Of a DNA stretch of 64,000 nt, positions 41,547 to 57,644 are shown in pieces. The stretch spans positions 49,972,001 through 50,036,000 of the forward strand of contig OX597826.1 in the NCBI GenBank assembly GCA_951406725.2, in the 5' to 3' direction. A program made the translations under genes and the position numbers. Numbering within the stretch: the stretch's first letter is position 1; the number at the start of each line of letters is the position of its first letter. The notes beneath the pieces were generated by a model, which ran no database searches, was not told the DNA's origin, and saw only the letters and a program-made list of their open reading frames with translations. The stretch comes from Octopus vulgaris (Eukaryota).

Positions 41547-42944
41547 CTACACATTCACACACACGCACACACACATATATATATATATATATACATATAT
41601 GTGTGTATCAAATAAGGGATGACAGAGAGAGAAGGGGAGAGTGTTTGTGTGTGAAATAGCGTGTAATAGCAACAATTTCATCTTGATATGATTTTTATTC
41701 GCTTTGTTGTCCATAGCTAAATTTATTGACGGCAGCTCTGTCTCCCCCACACCATTAATAATGGCGAATCCCTTGGCAATTTTGCACAACTCATTCCGCT
41801 CCTATTCCCCCTTCTCTTCTATCCTTCCACTCATGCTTAATTTGCTTTTACATAGATTTTTCTAGAAATCTGAAATTGTATATTCTTATAATTTCCGTAT
41901 CATTTATACACACACACATGTATGTATGTATGTATGTATGTATGTATGTATGTATGTATGTATGTATGTATGTATGTATGTATGTATGTATGTATGTATG
42001 TATTTGTATGCTTATATGTATGTATACATATGGTGGAGTTGTCACCCATTATTAAAGCTCCGATTGAATATCTGCGAATATATTCGCACGAAACCTGTGG
42101 TATCGAATTAATGTATTCCATTAAAAGCTTATGTCTCTACATACGTGTGTGTATCTGTGCGTATGTGTGTGCGTTTGGAGAGAGGGGGGAGGTGTATACA
42201 TATATATAAATACACACACATACGCACTCACAAAATTATTATTGCTGTTCCATTTTGTATTGTTGCATCTTTTAAATTCTTCTTCTTCATAGTATTCTAT
42301 AACTATTGTTTCCGAGTTATTTCCCCTTGCTATTGTTGGTCTCTGTTCCATTGTATTCTTGTGTGTGAAGAACCTAATGCTGATACCAAACATGCAATCG
42401 GTTGTTGACAAATTCGATCTGCCACCAGCGATTAAATCCTCGTTCTAGTTTTTCTGATTAGGAAATGTGTGGGGAATAATTATTTTAATGGAATTTTTAC
42501 CTGAACGCAACTCAGAGACTGCTGTGGCGATATACCAACTAAAAACTGCGAAGACACTTTTTTTATATATATAATCATCGGATATAATAATAATATTTAT
42601 TATTATTGTTGTTGTCGTCAATACGGCGAGCTGGCAGAATCGTTAGCACCTCGGACAAAATTCTTAGCTGCATTTCGCCCATGAAGGTCAAGCAAAACAT
42701 AACCGTACAACACAATTGCTGGTAATTGCAGCGTATGTTGTATAAATATACATTTTTATACAACTGGCATTGCGATTGATTTGGGGGAAGAACGGCAGGA
42801 CAGTTCGAAATGGAATCCTTCCTTAAAACATCGATATCTTTTATGCAAATTTCCTCAGAAGATTCTGAAACTAAGAAAATTTCAACTCTAATAGTAATAG
42901 ATGAAACGTCAATACTGTCAGTGATCTCACTATGTGTAAGGATA

Positions 42945-43361
42945 TTTATTTCTTTATTGCTCATAGGGGGATAAACATAGAGGGGACAAACAAGGACAGA
43001 CAAAGGGATTAAGTCGATTACATTGGATCTCAGTGCATAACGGGTACTTATTTAATCGACACCGAAAGGATGAAAGGCATAGTCGACCTCGGCGGAATTT
43101 GAACTCAGAAATACCGGCAGACGAAATTCCTATTTCTTGACTACTCACAATGGGTTAAACACAGAGGGGACGAACAGGGACAGACAAACGGATTAAGTCG
43201 ATTATATCGACCCCAGTGCGTAACTTGTACTTATTTAATCGACCCCGAAAGGATGGCAGGCAAATTTGACCTCGGCGGAATTTGAACTCAGAACGTAGCG
43301 GCAGACGAAATACGGCTACGCATTTCGCCCGGAGTGTTAACGTTTCTGCCAGCTCACCGCC
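42945..43361 (-). mobile_element. SINE A dimer
   Basis: Junction CAGACGAAATTC/CTATTTCTT at ~43128; a degenerate copy follows at 43535-43730. Confidence 0.9.
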
Positions 43362-44143
43362 CTGATTGAAAAATATTAGAAAAAGAATAATGAGGTAAGA
43401 TTATTCAAGATGGAGACATTTGATAAAAACATGCGTAGTAACAAGAAGCTTCAGTACAGAACAATAGAGAATTGTGCCAAATAATTACGTTTTGGGAATA
43501 TGAGAAACTTTTCAAGCTTTCAACTAATATTTTTTTCTAATGTTGACACACGGTAAAGAGTTTTGAGGGAAGGACCAAATCAATTACATCAACCCCAGTA
43601 CTTGATTGCTACTTAATTTTATCGACACTGAAAGAATAAAAGAGAAAGTGGGTTTCGGTTGGATTTAGATTCAAAAAGTACAGAGCCGGAACAGAAGAAA
43701 TGTCACTAAGCATTTTGCCCATACCGCCTTAGATATGAGATCACGTATGATACAGGATTCAAATAATTGTTGGTGCATATAAGAAATAGAGCAATAAGTA
43801 ATGATGACATATCACACGAAAATGTAGAATTTCTTCATGTTGAAGTATGATTAAAACAGGATATTATTGCAACTATGCGAAATTTTCGAAGTCATCAGTG
43901 AAATCAAGAAAGCGCATCTAACAGCTTGTTAGAAAATACATTCTTCATTCAATTGAAATAAATAAAAAAAACAGTGGACTAATTTGCATATTGGTACAAG
44001 AAACTTATGTGAGACCTTATTTTACACACCAACACCGTATAAACGCTCTTAATAGTCTGATAAATATATTTGGTATAAAATAGTCTTACTATTGAATGAA
44101 ACTTGTAGCACGTACACCTAATTACTCGTCAGCGCATTTCACG

Positions 44144-44215
<72 letters not shown>

Positions 44216-44914
44216 TTTATATATATATATATATATATAATTTATATATATATATACACACATATATGTATGCATGTATGTATGCATGTATGTATGCATG
44301 TGTGTATGTAGAAGTATGTAGGTATGTATATATGTGTGTGTGTGTATATATATATATGATTCTTTTTTACAGCTGTACATTTTCTTTCCATATGTTTCTC
44401 CAAACAGGAAGTGACCTCTCGCCAACGCCCACTGTCTGTAATACAATTTGCCTCGATGTTTTTAATAAAACTACACCAAGGACATACATACACATACACA
44501 CACTCATCTAACATTTATATGCGTGTACGTGTGTGTGTGTATGTATGCATATGTATGTATGCACGTATGTATGGATGAACGTATGTATCTGTGTGTGTGT
44601 ATATGTAGACACATACATGCATGTATATATTATTAGATATGGTATTGTTTTAAGGTTTAGTAAAGTGGAAACTAATACACGTTAATACAATCATTACGAT
44701 AACATCAAAGCTATGTTTCAAATGATATTATAGTATTTCAATCTCCTACAGGATACGAAATAAAACAAACTATTTTTAATATCTAAACCTAATTATATGA
44801 AAAAACAAAATATTGTAAATACTTGCTTACATTTATATCTTGTTTAATCTTACATTTGTGCAACCAATCATAACTATTTATTTATACTTTATTCATATTC
44901 CTAAAGGTCAATTT

Positions 44915-44997
<83 letters not shown>

Positions 44998-45001
<4 letters not shown>

Positions 45002-45185
45002 TTAATCCAAACACGAAAACACAAAGAGAAAACACAACAATGCGAGGACGTGGAACAAGTATAGTGTTATTGGACGCTCAAGAAAGGAAAAAAGAAGGAT
45101 TTAACGTTTCGAGCAGAGCTCTTCGTCAGAAACATAGGAAAAGGAAAGATCCAAGGAAGGGAAGACGGACACACGTGGTCACAAG
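44998..45185 (-). mobile_element. Family E hammerhead repeat
   Basis: Minus strand TTT-CTGACGA-A-GAGC-TCT-GCTC-GAAAC-GTT-AAA (45132-45100); 3' end abuts (TA)n. Confidence 0.8.
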
Positions 45186-45540
45186 ACACATTCATGTAAC
45201 ATACATACATACATACATACATACATACATACATACATACATACATTAGTATATAAGTATGTATCATTCCGACTCATCCCTTGGTCTATTACTCTACAGT
45301 TTCTCCGAATGTGTAACTGGTTTTTCAGACAGGGAAAAGAAAATTGCTCTAAGCTCTCCTATCTGAGGAGGTGGTAGCATGTCAGAGCTACTGCAGGGTA
45401 ATATTCCGCTGGATCAGCCGAAATAGATTATTATTTTCCTCTATGATATCAATACCTTATTCGTCCGTATGATAATAATGGTTATACAAAGATACAGATA
45501 TATGTGTATGTTTGAATATATATATATGTGTGTGTGTATA

Positions 45541-45957
45541 CTCTTTTACTCTTTTTTCTCTTTTACTTGTTTCAGTCATTTGACTGCGGCCATGCTGGAA
45601 CACCGCCTTTAGTCGAGCAAATCGACCCCGGGACTTATTCTTTGTAAGCCCAGTACTTATTCTATCGGTCTCTTTTGCCGAGCCGCTAAGTGACGGGGAC
45701 GTAAACACACCAGCATCGGTTGTCAAGCAATGCTAGGGGGACAAACACACACACATACACATATATACATATATATACATATATATACATATATACGACA
45801 GGCTTCTTTCAGTTTCGTCTACCAAATCCACTCACAAGGCATTGGTCGGCCCGGGGCTATAGCAGAAGACACTTGCCCAAGATGCCACGCAGTGGGACTG
45901 AACCCGGAACCATGTGGTTGGTAAGCAAGCTACTTACCACACAGCCACTCCTGCGCC
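45541..45957 (-). mobile_element. Full-length SINE B
   Basis: Reverse complement of 52764-53153. Confidence 0.95.
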
Positions 45958-46486
45958 TATATGTATGTATGTATTCATATTTTTCCCATTGTCTAAGATA
46001 TTAATGCAAAATAGAATTTTTGTATTGTAATCGAACCTTGTCGATGCAAAATATCCACAGTTTTTTCCGCCTCTTCAATGAGCGGTCACTCATTTTCCTA
46101 ACTATATGTATTATAGCTATTTATAGTATGCACAAACCAGGAGAGGATTAAATTGGCCAGCTTTAATTTGCATAATGGCAATGTTAACTTTGGCAATGTT
46201 TAATTAATTAATAAACTGAACCACTTCACACCGTTCTGGCTACAGAGGAGAAAGAATAACGTATAGTTTAACTACTTTTTAAATGGAGACTACAAAGGTT
46301 TGTTTACTAAAAACACACATTTACCTTACATCTTCGTTTATCCAAAAGCTGTATAACACTTGTATATGTCTGTGGTATTTAATGGCTTGTATTGCTATTG
46401 TCTTGAATGATTCTTCGTTGTATTGCTTATATTTGTATGTAGATTTCTAAGACCGCATAGTGGGTACTTTGAATTATTGTCAACGT

Positions 46487-46645
46487 CAGTGGTTTCCAAC
46501 CTTTTCACTACTAAGGACCCTTTTTATTAAAATGAGTTTTCCCACGGACCCCAGGATATTGAAAGATCTGTCAGCTTAACATGGACCCCTAGTAATACCT
46601 TTGCGGACCACCAAGGGTCTTCGGACCACATGTTGGGAACCACTG
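46487..46645. mobile_element. hAT-like MITE
   Basis: TIRs CAGTGGTTTCCAAC / GTTGGGAACCACTG; internal GGACCC motifs. Confidence 0.7.
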
Positions 46646-47276
46646 GTCTATATAAATTTTGAATCGTTTGCTTTAATACAAAATTCGGGTTTTTTGTATT
46701 TTCAGGGTTGAATATTACATGAACGATCTTGGTTGGGTTTTCCTGAACTAATTATTTTCTGCTTGTATTTTTGGTAATTAACAATTTGTCATCTCTATAG
46801 AGTCCCTCATTAATGGTGTAAAATTTTGACACTGTAAAATATTAATAGAAAATGAAATTTCAATCGAAAGTTGTTCATGCAAAGTATCACCGTTTTATAG
46901 TGCCAGTATGGGAAGTTCTCAGTCTTATCATTATTGGTGTGAAACTGGGTAATACCATTTGGCTGATAACCGGTGAAGAATTAGGGACCTTCTGTGCCTG
47001 TCTCCCGTCCGGTTGTACACTCAGTATACGGTATACGTTAAATCGGAATCTTGAAAAAAGTTTCAATAAAACTAGTTATTAAATATTTAATGGCAATGGG
47101 GGTCCATCAGAATAAAATAGTAATCAAAGGGGTCCATAGATAAAAAAAAATGTTTGAGAAATCCTGCTATACACAATCATGGTTTTAATGCAAAATAACC
47201 GTTTATAGATGTCTTGCCTTCTTGGAAATTATTTCCAACTGTAACAAAGGTTCCGAATTAATATTAGAGTGACTAA

Positions 47277-47718
47277 GGCGGCGAGCTGGTAGAAACGTTA
47301 GCACGCAGGGCAAAATGCTTAGCGACATTTCGTGAGTCCTTACGTTCTGAGTTCAAATTCCGCCCGGGTCGACTTTGCCTTTCATCCTTCCCGAGTTGAT
47401 AAAATAAGCACAAGTTGAACACTGGAGTCGACGTAATCGACTTATTTCCCCGAAATTGCTAACCTTGTGCCAGAATTTCAAACCAATATTAGAGTGATTA
47501 ACTTTGTCTGTCCTTGTTTGTCTCCTCTATGTTTAGCCCCTTGTGGGTAGTAAAGAAATAAATATTAGAGTGATTAAGGAGTTCAAATTCCTCTGAGGTC
47601 CACTTTGCCTTTTATCCATCCGGGATCATAAAGTAAGTACCAGTTGAGTGTTGGAGTTGATGTAAGCATCTTGCCCCTGCCCGGAAACTACTACCCTTGT
47701 ACAAAAAATTGAAATCAG
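47277..47718 (+). mobile_element. Three SINE A pieces in series
   Basis: Full alternative-tail copy 47277-47484, Tx1-type tail only 47502-47560, headless copy 47578-47718. Confidence 0.85.
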
Positions 47719-47731
47719 TATTAGAGTGATT

Positions 47732-48045
47732 GTGGAGGCACAATGGCCCGGTGAAGGGCAGCGGACTCGCGGTCGGAGGATCGCGGTTTCGATTCCCAGA
47801 CCGGGCGTTGTGCGCGTTTATTGAGCGAAAACACCTAAAAGCTCCACGAGACTCCGGCAGGGGGTGGTGGCGACCCCTGTTGTACTCTTTCGCCTCAACT
47901 TTCCCTCACTCTTTCTTCCTGTTTCTTGAATAACGCTACGATGGACTGGCGTCCCGTCCAGCTGGTGGGGGGGACACATACGCCATAGAAACCGGGAAAC
48001 CGGGCCCATGAGTCCGGCTAGGCCTGAAAAAAAGGCGCCAAAAAG
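47732..48045 (+). mobile_element. tRNA-derived SINE with V-domain-like box
   Basis: B box GGTTTCGATTCCC; CGATGGACTGGCGTCCCGTCCAG at ~47939 resembles the V-SINE conserved domain. Confidence 0.75.
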
Positions 48046-48915
48046 AATTAGAGTGATTAATAGCGATTAATTTCTCTGTGAGTGTTTGTCTCACCTTGGC
48101 AGTTTCTTCTGAGCTTAGATAATCTCTTATAAAGCCATTGCGACTGAGACGTGAATTCATTATTCGCTTTACATCAAATGATATTATCCAAGTGTCCCAC
48201 GTTCTTCGATCATTTTATCGATCTCAGTTACTCCCATTTGTTTGTGAACAGTACTAGCAACACGATACAGTAATATACTGATTGTCTAAAGACTAGGCGC
48301 TTAGATTATTGCTAGGTCTTCTTCAGTAAACTGACAGACCACGCATGACATCGACTCAATAGGTTTTCTATTGGTTCGTGATGCAGGCATTTATTATTTT
48401 TTTTTAGTAACATGTAACTAAGAAAATTCTCCTTAAATCCCGCTGTGAGCCATGTTTTGAGCTGTGTGTGTGTGATGTGCGTGCGTGCATGCATATACAT
48501 ACGTATGTATGCATATAGACGTACCTACGTACATACATACAATATATGCAAGCATATGTGTATATACTTATATATATATATATATATATATGCACGTACA
48601 TAAAAACCCACAATGCACACACATTTATGCGCGTGCATGCATATATATATACAATCTTGTAGATATGTTTATATGTGTGCGTATATGCGTAGGCGTATAC
48701 ATCTGTACCACTTCGCGTATCATGTTTAACCTTGTAAACGCTTGCATATTTCTGTGTGTCTATACATGTTTTTTTACGCATATATTTGTGAACGTGTGTA
48801 TATATATATATTGTTAACTACTTAAGTTCATGTATGTGTTTATATATGCGTGTATGTGTTTTTTTTTTTTGCGTGCGTGAGTTTGTGAGTTTGGGAGTTT
48901 GCGTGTACGTGCATG

Positions 48916-48982
<67 letters not shown>

Positions 48983-49369
48983 GTATGCATGTATGTACGT
49001 ATGCATGTATATATGTTTGCATGGTGTGCGCATTTTCTTACGTGCCTGTATGTGTGTATGTTTTTGCGCATGCATGCCAAAGCCCTCTCTTGCCCTCCGC
49101 TCTATTCTAGTTATGCATACTTTATTGTAAGAAATACACTAAAAACTATTTGTTGTCTTTCCTTACCATCTCCCTCTCCATCATCGTCTTCTTTTTCTTC
49201 TTCTCTGACAGACGCCTCCCCCCTCTCTCTCTCTCTCTAGTCACCCTCTTCCTCCTCTCCACCCCTATTGCTTCATTCTTACACCACGTGCAACTAATTA
49301 TTCCTAAAGAATTCTCCAGATATTTCACATTTCTTGGTACTGGTTCTTGGGGGTGTGTCTACGGTGGAG

Positions 49370-51590
<2,221 letters not shown>

Positions 51591-52194
51591 CCAAGTTAGC
51601 TCAACCACATTTGGCCCACGGGCATTCCAGCCGTGACTAATCCATCTATTACTTTCAACTAGTCTTTACTTCATACTACGTTATCCAAAAAGCCCTTCAT
51701 GTTTTACTAAGACTGAAGCGGGGAGCGTCTTTGGAAGATATTTGGCTGTTATTTTTAGCAATATCAGATGCTTACATCGATGCGCTCCTCATTAGCGCAG
51801 CGTCTGTTGAGGATCGAGTTATTCGTTTTCACTCGCTCCAGGTTGTTTGCGTAACAACAGCAGTGGCAGCACTTCCAAATACGAGGCCAGCTCCCTCAGT
51901 GTGTGTTACCCTTCAGTTATATTGAAGGTTAGCAACTTATCAACATTGATGCATTTTCTGGTTTTATGGCATTAAAACAAAAGATAGCCACAGGTTGTTT
52001 CTTGGCCTCATCTCAAGCTTGTGTCCCTTCCAATACGGTATTGGAATATGTTACTTTTCTTGAGCCCTAGGCTAACCCTAATTGTGCAAATGTGTTATGA
52101 TCAAACGAGTCTCGTACTGTCTTTTAGGGTACTCACTTCTCTACAACCATTTTCGTCTCATCTGTATCATCAAATCCATGAAGAATGTTCTTTC

Positions 52195-52427
52195 TTATTT
52201 CCTTATTGCCCACAAGGGGCTAAACATAGAGGGGACAAACAAGGACAGACAAACGGATTAAGTCGATTACATCGACCGCAGTGTGTAACTGGTACTTAAT
52301 TTATCGACCCTGTAAGGAGGAAAGGGAAAGTCGACCCCGGCGGAATTTGAACTCAGAACGTAACTGCAGACGAAATACCGCTAAGCATTTCGCCCGGCGT
52401 GCTAACGTTTCTGCCAGCTCACCGCCT
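52195..52427 (-). mobile_element. Full-length SINE A
   Basis: Head-to-tail match to 12797-13030. Confidence 0.95.
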
Positions 52428-52763
52428 TGGACTGAACAAATGGAAGTTAGAGGGCACCAGTTCCAGATCAGCTCAATTTGCTGATTGCTTGATTTATTGC
52501 CGAAGATGTGAGCAGTCACGCATTTCCATGGTGAATATGAATCTCAGATTCTTGTTCAACCTCTTCCTCTTAATGGCTTCTCTAAGCGGTTTGTATGTCT
52601 CAGCGGACCGTTCGCTGATCACGGTGCAGCCACTTTCCAGAAAATCAAAACATTACTTTCTGTACCGGTGCCGACCTCTGAACTACTAAGGCCCTGGTAA
52701 AAAGCTATGATGCCATTCAACGGATTGAACCTTCCGTTTTTTTAATCACAAAGATACATTATA

Positions 52764-53153
52764 GGCGCAGGAGTGGCTGTGTGGTAAGTAGCTTGCTAAC
52801 CAGCCACATGGTTCCGGGTTCAGTCCCACTGCGTGGCATCTTGGGCAAGTGTCTTCTGCTATAGCCCCGAGCCGACCAATGCCTTGCGAGTGGATTTGGT
52901 AGACGGAAACTGAAAGAAGCCTGTCGTATATATGTATATATATATGTATGTCTGTGTTTGTCCCCCTAGCATTGCTTGACAACCGATGCTGGTGTGCTTA
53001 CGTCCCCGTCACTTAGCGGTTCGGCAAAAGAGACCGGTAGAATAAGTACTAGGTTTACAATGAATAAGTCCCGGAGTCGATTTGCTCGACTGAAGGCGGT
53101 GCTCCAGCATGGCCGCAGTCAAATGACTGAAACAAGTAAAAGAGTAAAGAGTA
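52764..53153 (+). mobile_element. Full-length SINE B (tRNA-derived, internal TA/TG microsatellite, CR1-like tail); probably one of the described octopus OK/OR families
   Basis: A box TGGCTGTGTGG, B box GGTTCAGTCCC, tail GGCGGTGCTCCAGCATGGCCGCAGTCAAATGACTGAAACAAG plus short GTAAAAGA-like repeats. Confidence 0.95.
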
Positions 53154-53159
53154 TTACAT

Positions 53160-53680
53160 CTCCATCACACTACTCTATAGGCTTCCAATACTTCCAACAG
53201 ATCAGAGCAGACTTCCAGCATCTTCTCCTTTAAATCGAATGTCAGCTGCCAAGGTAACCACTTTGCACACGTTTTCCGATACCCAAAGTCTTCCACCGTG
53301 TTATGTAGTGCATTGTGACCTGAATCCGCGCGAATCACTTCGTCCAATCACTTGGCGATTCGTATCAATGGTTGCAGTTGGTGGTCTCCCACTGTGAGGT
53401 TTGTCGTTAATGCTGGTTTTGCCTTTCTTTAAAGCTCTTAATCCGTCTGTGCTCATTGCTCTTGTCAATGTTGTCATCTCCACAAACAACCTCTAGCTTT
53501 CTGTTGATGTCCAACAAACTCCACGCTTCCTTCGTCAAGAACCCAATGCCGGAACGTTACCTCTGCTCGCAACATATCATTTGCTTTCAACGAAAAATAA
53601 CAGAAAGAAAAGATACTAGTGACGAAGACTTACTCTACTAGTTATGCCTTCTTTTGCATCACTTTCGGTACATCTCTCGT
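53160..53680 (-). pseudogene. mariner transposase 5' remnant
   Basis: KKGKTSINDKPHSGRPPTA and GYRKTCAKWLPWQL (WVPHxL-like motif); TIR-like ACGAGAGATGTACCGAAAGTGATGC at 53680. Confidence 0.8.
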
Positions 53681-53706
53681 GTGTGTATGTGTATCTGTGT
53701 TGTGTG

Positions 53707-53765
<59 letters not shown>

Positions 53766-53917
53766 ATGTGTGTATATATATATAAGAATGTAACGATCGA
53801 GAAGGTGAATGACAATGACGTTTTTACGTACACAGTCCATGCCTCTCTTTTCCTGGCCTCAAATCTCTTCTACGAACGCATAGAAAACTAATCTTCACTA
53901 ATAATTCTGCCTATATA

Positions 53918-54170
53918 TCTGTGCACACCTTTGAATGCAATGTATGCCAGAAGGTTTGCAAGTCCAACGGGGGCCTTAAAAGACATGCTAAGATTCACAA
54001 AGAGCAGAACTTATCTGCAGGTCTTGGTGGTCCAAATCAGAAGTGCAATCTATGTGGGTGTCTTTTCAGAACATTGTCTGGTTTAAAAAGCCACATCAGA
54101 CGCCATGATGGTGCTAAGGTGTAGGTACAGGAGGTGGTCAAACAACTCTGCATAAGAAGTAGACAACCAG
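53918..54170 (+). mobile_element. 3' end of an RTE-clade LINE with two C2H2 fingers
   Basis: CxxC..SxxGLKxH..H twice with no TGEKP linker, stop, short GTGGTCAAAC..GTAGACAACC tail, flanked by microsatellites. Confidence 0.6.
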
Positions 54171-54190
54171 CATATATATATCATATATAA

Positions 54191-54241
<51 letters not shown>

Positions 54242-55228
54242 TATACATACATACATACATACATACATACATACATACATACATACATACATACATACAT
54301 ACATACATACATACATGTATGTATGCATGTATGTATGTATGTATGTATGTATGTATGTATGTATGTATGTATGTATGTATGTATGTATGTATGTATGTAT
54401 GTATGTATGCACACACGAACTCGTTAGAGCGGTGGACAAAATGCGTTGTAATATTTTTTCGGCTCTTTACGTTCTGAGTTCGAATCCCATGATTGTCAAC
54501 TTCATCTTTCTCCTTTCGAGATCGATAAAATAAACTATTAATCACGAGCAGAATTTTGACATAATCGACAGTTCACTTTCCTTAAAATTTTAGAACTTGA
54601 GCTTGTAAAAACCAACGTTATTGCCCTTGATACGTCACTAAGATGGCACTCCGATGTACCAACCTGTATATCTCATCTGGGGCTCACACTTCATGGCATT
54701 ATTATGGTATCTTCACTTGTACCGCCATTTTCCAGATTTTGTGTAACCGAGATATACAATAGAATATCGTCTGTTGGTGCCCCAGTTTTTAAATATTAAG
54801 ACCAATCAAATCCTAGTCTGTTAATCATAAAAGATTCTAATGGTGCCAACCAGTTGAAAATTAGTCTGGAATTTTAATTAATATTGAAGTTTAAATTTTT
54901 CTAAATCAAAACAGAGCGCAAGACACGAATCCGAGACATTCAAATATTAAAATAGACTCAATTAACAGACACATCACATGTGTTCTCTAAGAATAATAAC
55001 AAATATTTTTTTTAATATTTAAACCAAAGTAAAGCTCTGTTAAGTTATTTTTTTAAAATAACTTCCGACGTATGTTGTTTTGTTGTTTTTATATCGTATC
55101 GAGCCAATGAGGGAGTTCTATTTGTGATTGCTCAGTTCGTAAGAAATAACAGTAAAAAAAAATCTCTATCAAATCACAAACTATTATCTTAAATACCGCC
55201 TTCAATAATGTCATCCAGGCATCGCTCT

Positions 55229-55630
55229 AGGCGCAGGCATTGCTGTGTGATTAAGAAGCTTCCTTTGCAACCACGTGCTTTCGAGTTCAATTCCACTGCG
55301 CGCCATCTTTGGCAAGTATCTTCTACTATAGCCCTGGGTCAACCAATACGCTGTGATTCAATTGGACAGACGGAAACTATGTGGAATCCCAGCGTATACA
55401 CGTGTGTGTGAGTTTGTATGCATGTTTTTTCTGTTCCCACCTCTTGACTCCTGGGCTGGTTTGTTCATGTCCCCGTAACTTAGTGGTTCGGCAGTATATT
55501 CCGATAAACTAAATACCAGACTTAAAACTAAGTATTGGAAATCGATCTATTCGACTAAAAGGAATCTTTTAAGGTGATGTTGTAGCGTGGCCGCAGTCCA
55601 ATGACTGCAACAAGTAGAAGATAAAAGATA
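55229..55630 (+). mobile_element. Diverged SINE B
   Basis: GGCGCAGGC...GTGGCCGCAGTCCAATGACTGCAACAAG. Confidence 0.8.
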
Positions 55631-55938
55631 ACATTAAAAAGGACAGGACGGTCAAGGCTGGAACCTATTTGATCGTATAAAGGTCTGAACGGACGGGATT
55701 GGCTCGGGGCTAGTAGGCAACAGTAACAATAACAACAGCAACAACATCTCCATCGTAAAATTAGGGTCAGGGTTAGGGTTAGCTATAGCTATTTTTAAGC
55801 TAAACCGCTGTAAAGAAACCGTTAAAATTGCGCTACGTATGATTAACAAGATTCTTAATAAAAGTTATAATTAATTGCTACCCGTTTATTACCCTGTAAC
55901 ATGAATTTAGAGAAATGTTTTGGATAGATAGATAGTTA

Positions 55939-56008
<70 letters not shown>

Positions 56009-56048
56009 CTGTGTGTGTCTGTGTGTGTGTGTCTGTGTGTGTATACAA

Positions 56049-56089
<41 letters not shown>

Positions 56090-56090
<1 letters not shown>

Positions 56091-56302
56091 TCTTTACTCT
56101 ACTCTTTTACTTGTTTCAGTCATTTGACTGCGGCCATGCTGGAGCACCGCCTTTAGTCGAGCAAATCGACCCAGGGACTTATTCTTTGTAAGCTCAGTAC
56201 TTATTCTATCGGTCTCTTTTGCCGAACCGCTAAGTGGCGGGGACGTAAACACACAAGCATTGGTTGTCAAGCAATGCTAGGGGGACAAACACAGACACAC
56301 AA

Positions 56303-56335
<33 letters not shown>

Positions 56336-56495
56336 CGACAGGCTTCTTTCAGTTTCCGTCTACCAAATCCACTCACAAGGCATTGGTCGGCCCGGGGCTA
56401 TAGCAGAAGACACTTGCCCAAGATGCCACGCAGTGGGACTGAACCCGGAGCCATGTGGTTGGTTAGCAAGCTACTTACCACACAGCCACTCCTGC
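56090..56495 (-). mobile_element. Near full-length SINE B; further 3' fragments at 56790-57005 and 62115-62295
   Basis: Reverse complement of 52764-53153. Confidence 0.95.
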
Positions 56496-57026
56496 TATAT
56501 ATATATAGATGCATATTCTGTACGTGTACATATGTCTACATATGTGTGTGTATGTGTGTGTGTGGGCACATTTACATACATATTTATGTATGTAAGTGTG
56601 TGTATGTGTGTGAGTGTGTGGGTACATCTACATACACACATATTTATGTATGTGTGTATGTGTGGTGGGGTACATCTACATATACACATATTTATGTATG
56701 AGTGTATATGTACGTGTGTAGGTGGGGTACATCTACATACACACATATTTATGTATGCATGTATGTATGTATGTGTCTGTGTGTATGTCCATAGAGGTTT
56801 TTTGTCCCTGTGTTGGTATCCCAAGCGACAGTCAGTGTTGACGTGTCTCTGTCGATATAACTTAGCGGTTTGGGGAAAAAGAATGATAGAATAAATATCA
56901 GGCTTCACAGAAATAGTACTGGGGTCGATTCATTCGAAAACATTTTTCAAAGTTGTGCCCCAACATGGCTACTGTCTACGGACTGAAACAAACAAAAGAT
57001 AAAAGAGGTGTGTGTATATAAATATG

Positions 57027-57120
<94 letters not shown>

Positions 57121-57121
<1 letters not shown>

Positions 57122-57323
57122 TCTCTTGAGCACCACCAGCAAAAATATTTTTTTCCTCTGTCTTCCCTTCTCGGGATCTTTCCTTCTCCTTGTTTCCGAC
57201 GAAGAGCTCCGCTCGAAACGTTAAACCCTCCTTCCCTTCTTTCCTGAGCGTCAAATAATACTTTAATTGTTCCATGTCCTCGCGTTACTGTGTTTTTTTC
57301 TGTGTTTTCTTGTTTGGATTAAC

Positions 57324-57325
<2 letters not shown>
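57121..57325 (+). mobile_element. Family E hammerhead repeat
   Basis: TTT-CCGACGA-A-GAGC-TCC-GCTC-GAAAC-GTT-AAA at 57193-57225; ends GGATTAAC(TA)n. Confidence 0.8.
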
Positions 57326-57357
<32 letters not shown>

Positions 57358-57568
57358 CACATACATACATACATACATACATACATACACACACATGCAC
57401 ACGCACACACACTCACACACATACTTCCACACACATACATAAATATACAGATAGCTAAATGTACGTATAAGTATGCATTATCTCTGTACATATGTGTAGG
57501 TATGTGTATGTATGTCAATACATATACTCACACACATATACGCGTACACATACTTTTATACATACACT

Positions 57569-57644
<76 letters not shown>

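Noticed and set aside
46706-46773. Possible plus-strand small exon after TTTTCAG (VEYYMNDLGWVF..)
   Set aside because: The acceptor is plausible but the frame and donor are uncertain and there is no homology support.
47261-48060. CRISPR-like repeat-spacer array
   Set aside because: Eukaryotic context, repeats too short, spacers of 60-310 bp are SINE fragments, no cas genes.
53921-54124. Host C2H2 zinc-finger gene
   Set aside because: No TGEKP linkers, only two fingers, no clear splice acceptor or ATG start, and an RTE-like tail.
55761-55782. Interstitial telomeric TTAGGG repeats
   Set aside because: Only about three imperfect units.
56560-56760. ~50-bp minisatellite (GGTACATCTACATACACACATATTTATGTATG)
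   Set aside because: Real, but an ordinary local duplication of microsatellite-derived sequence.
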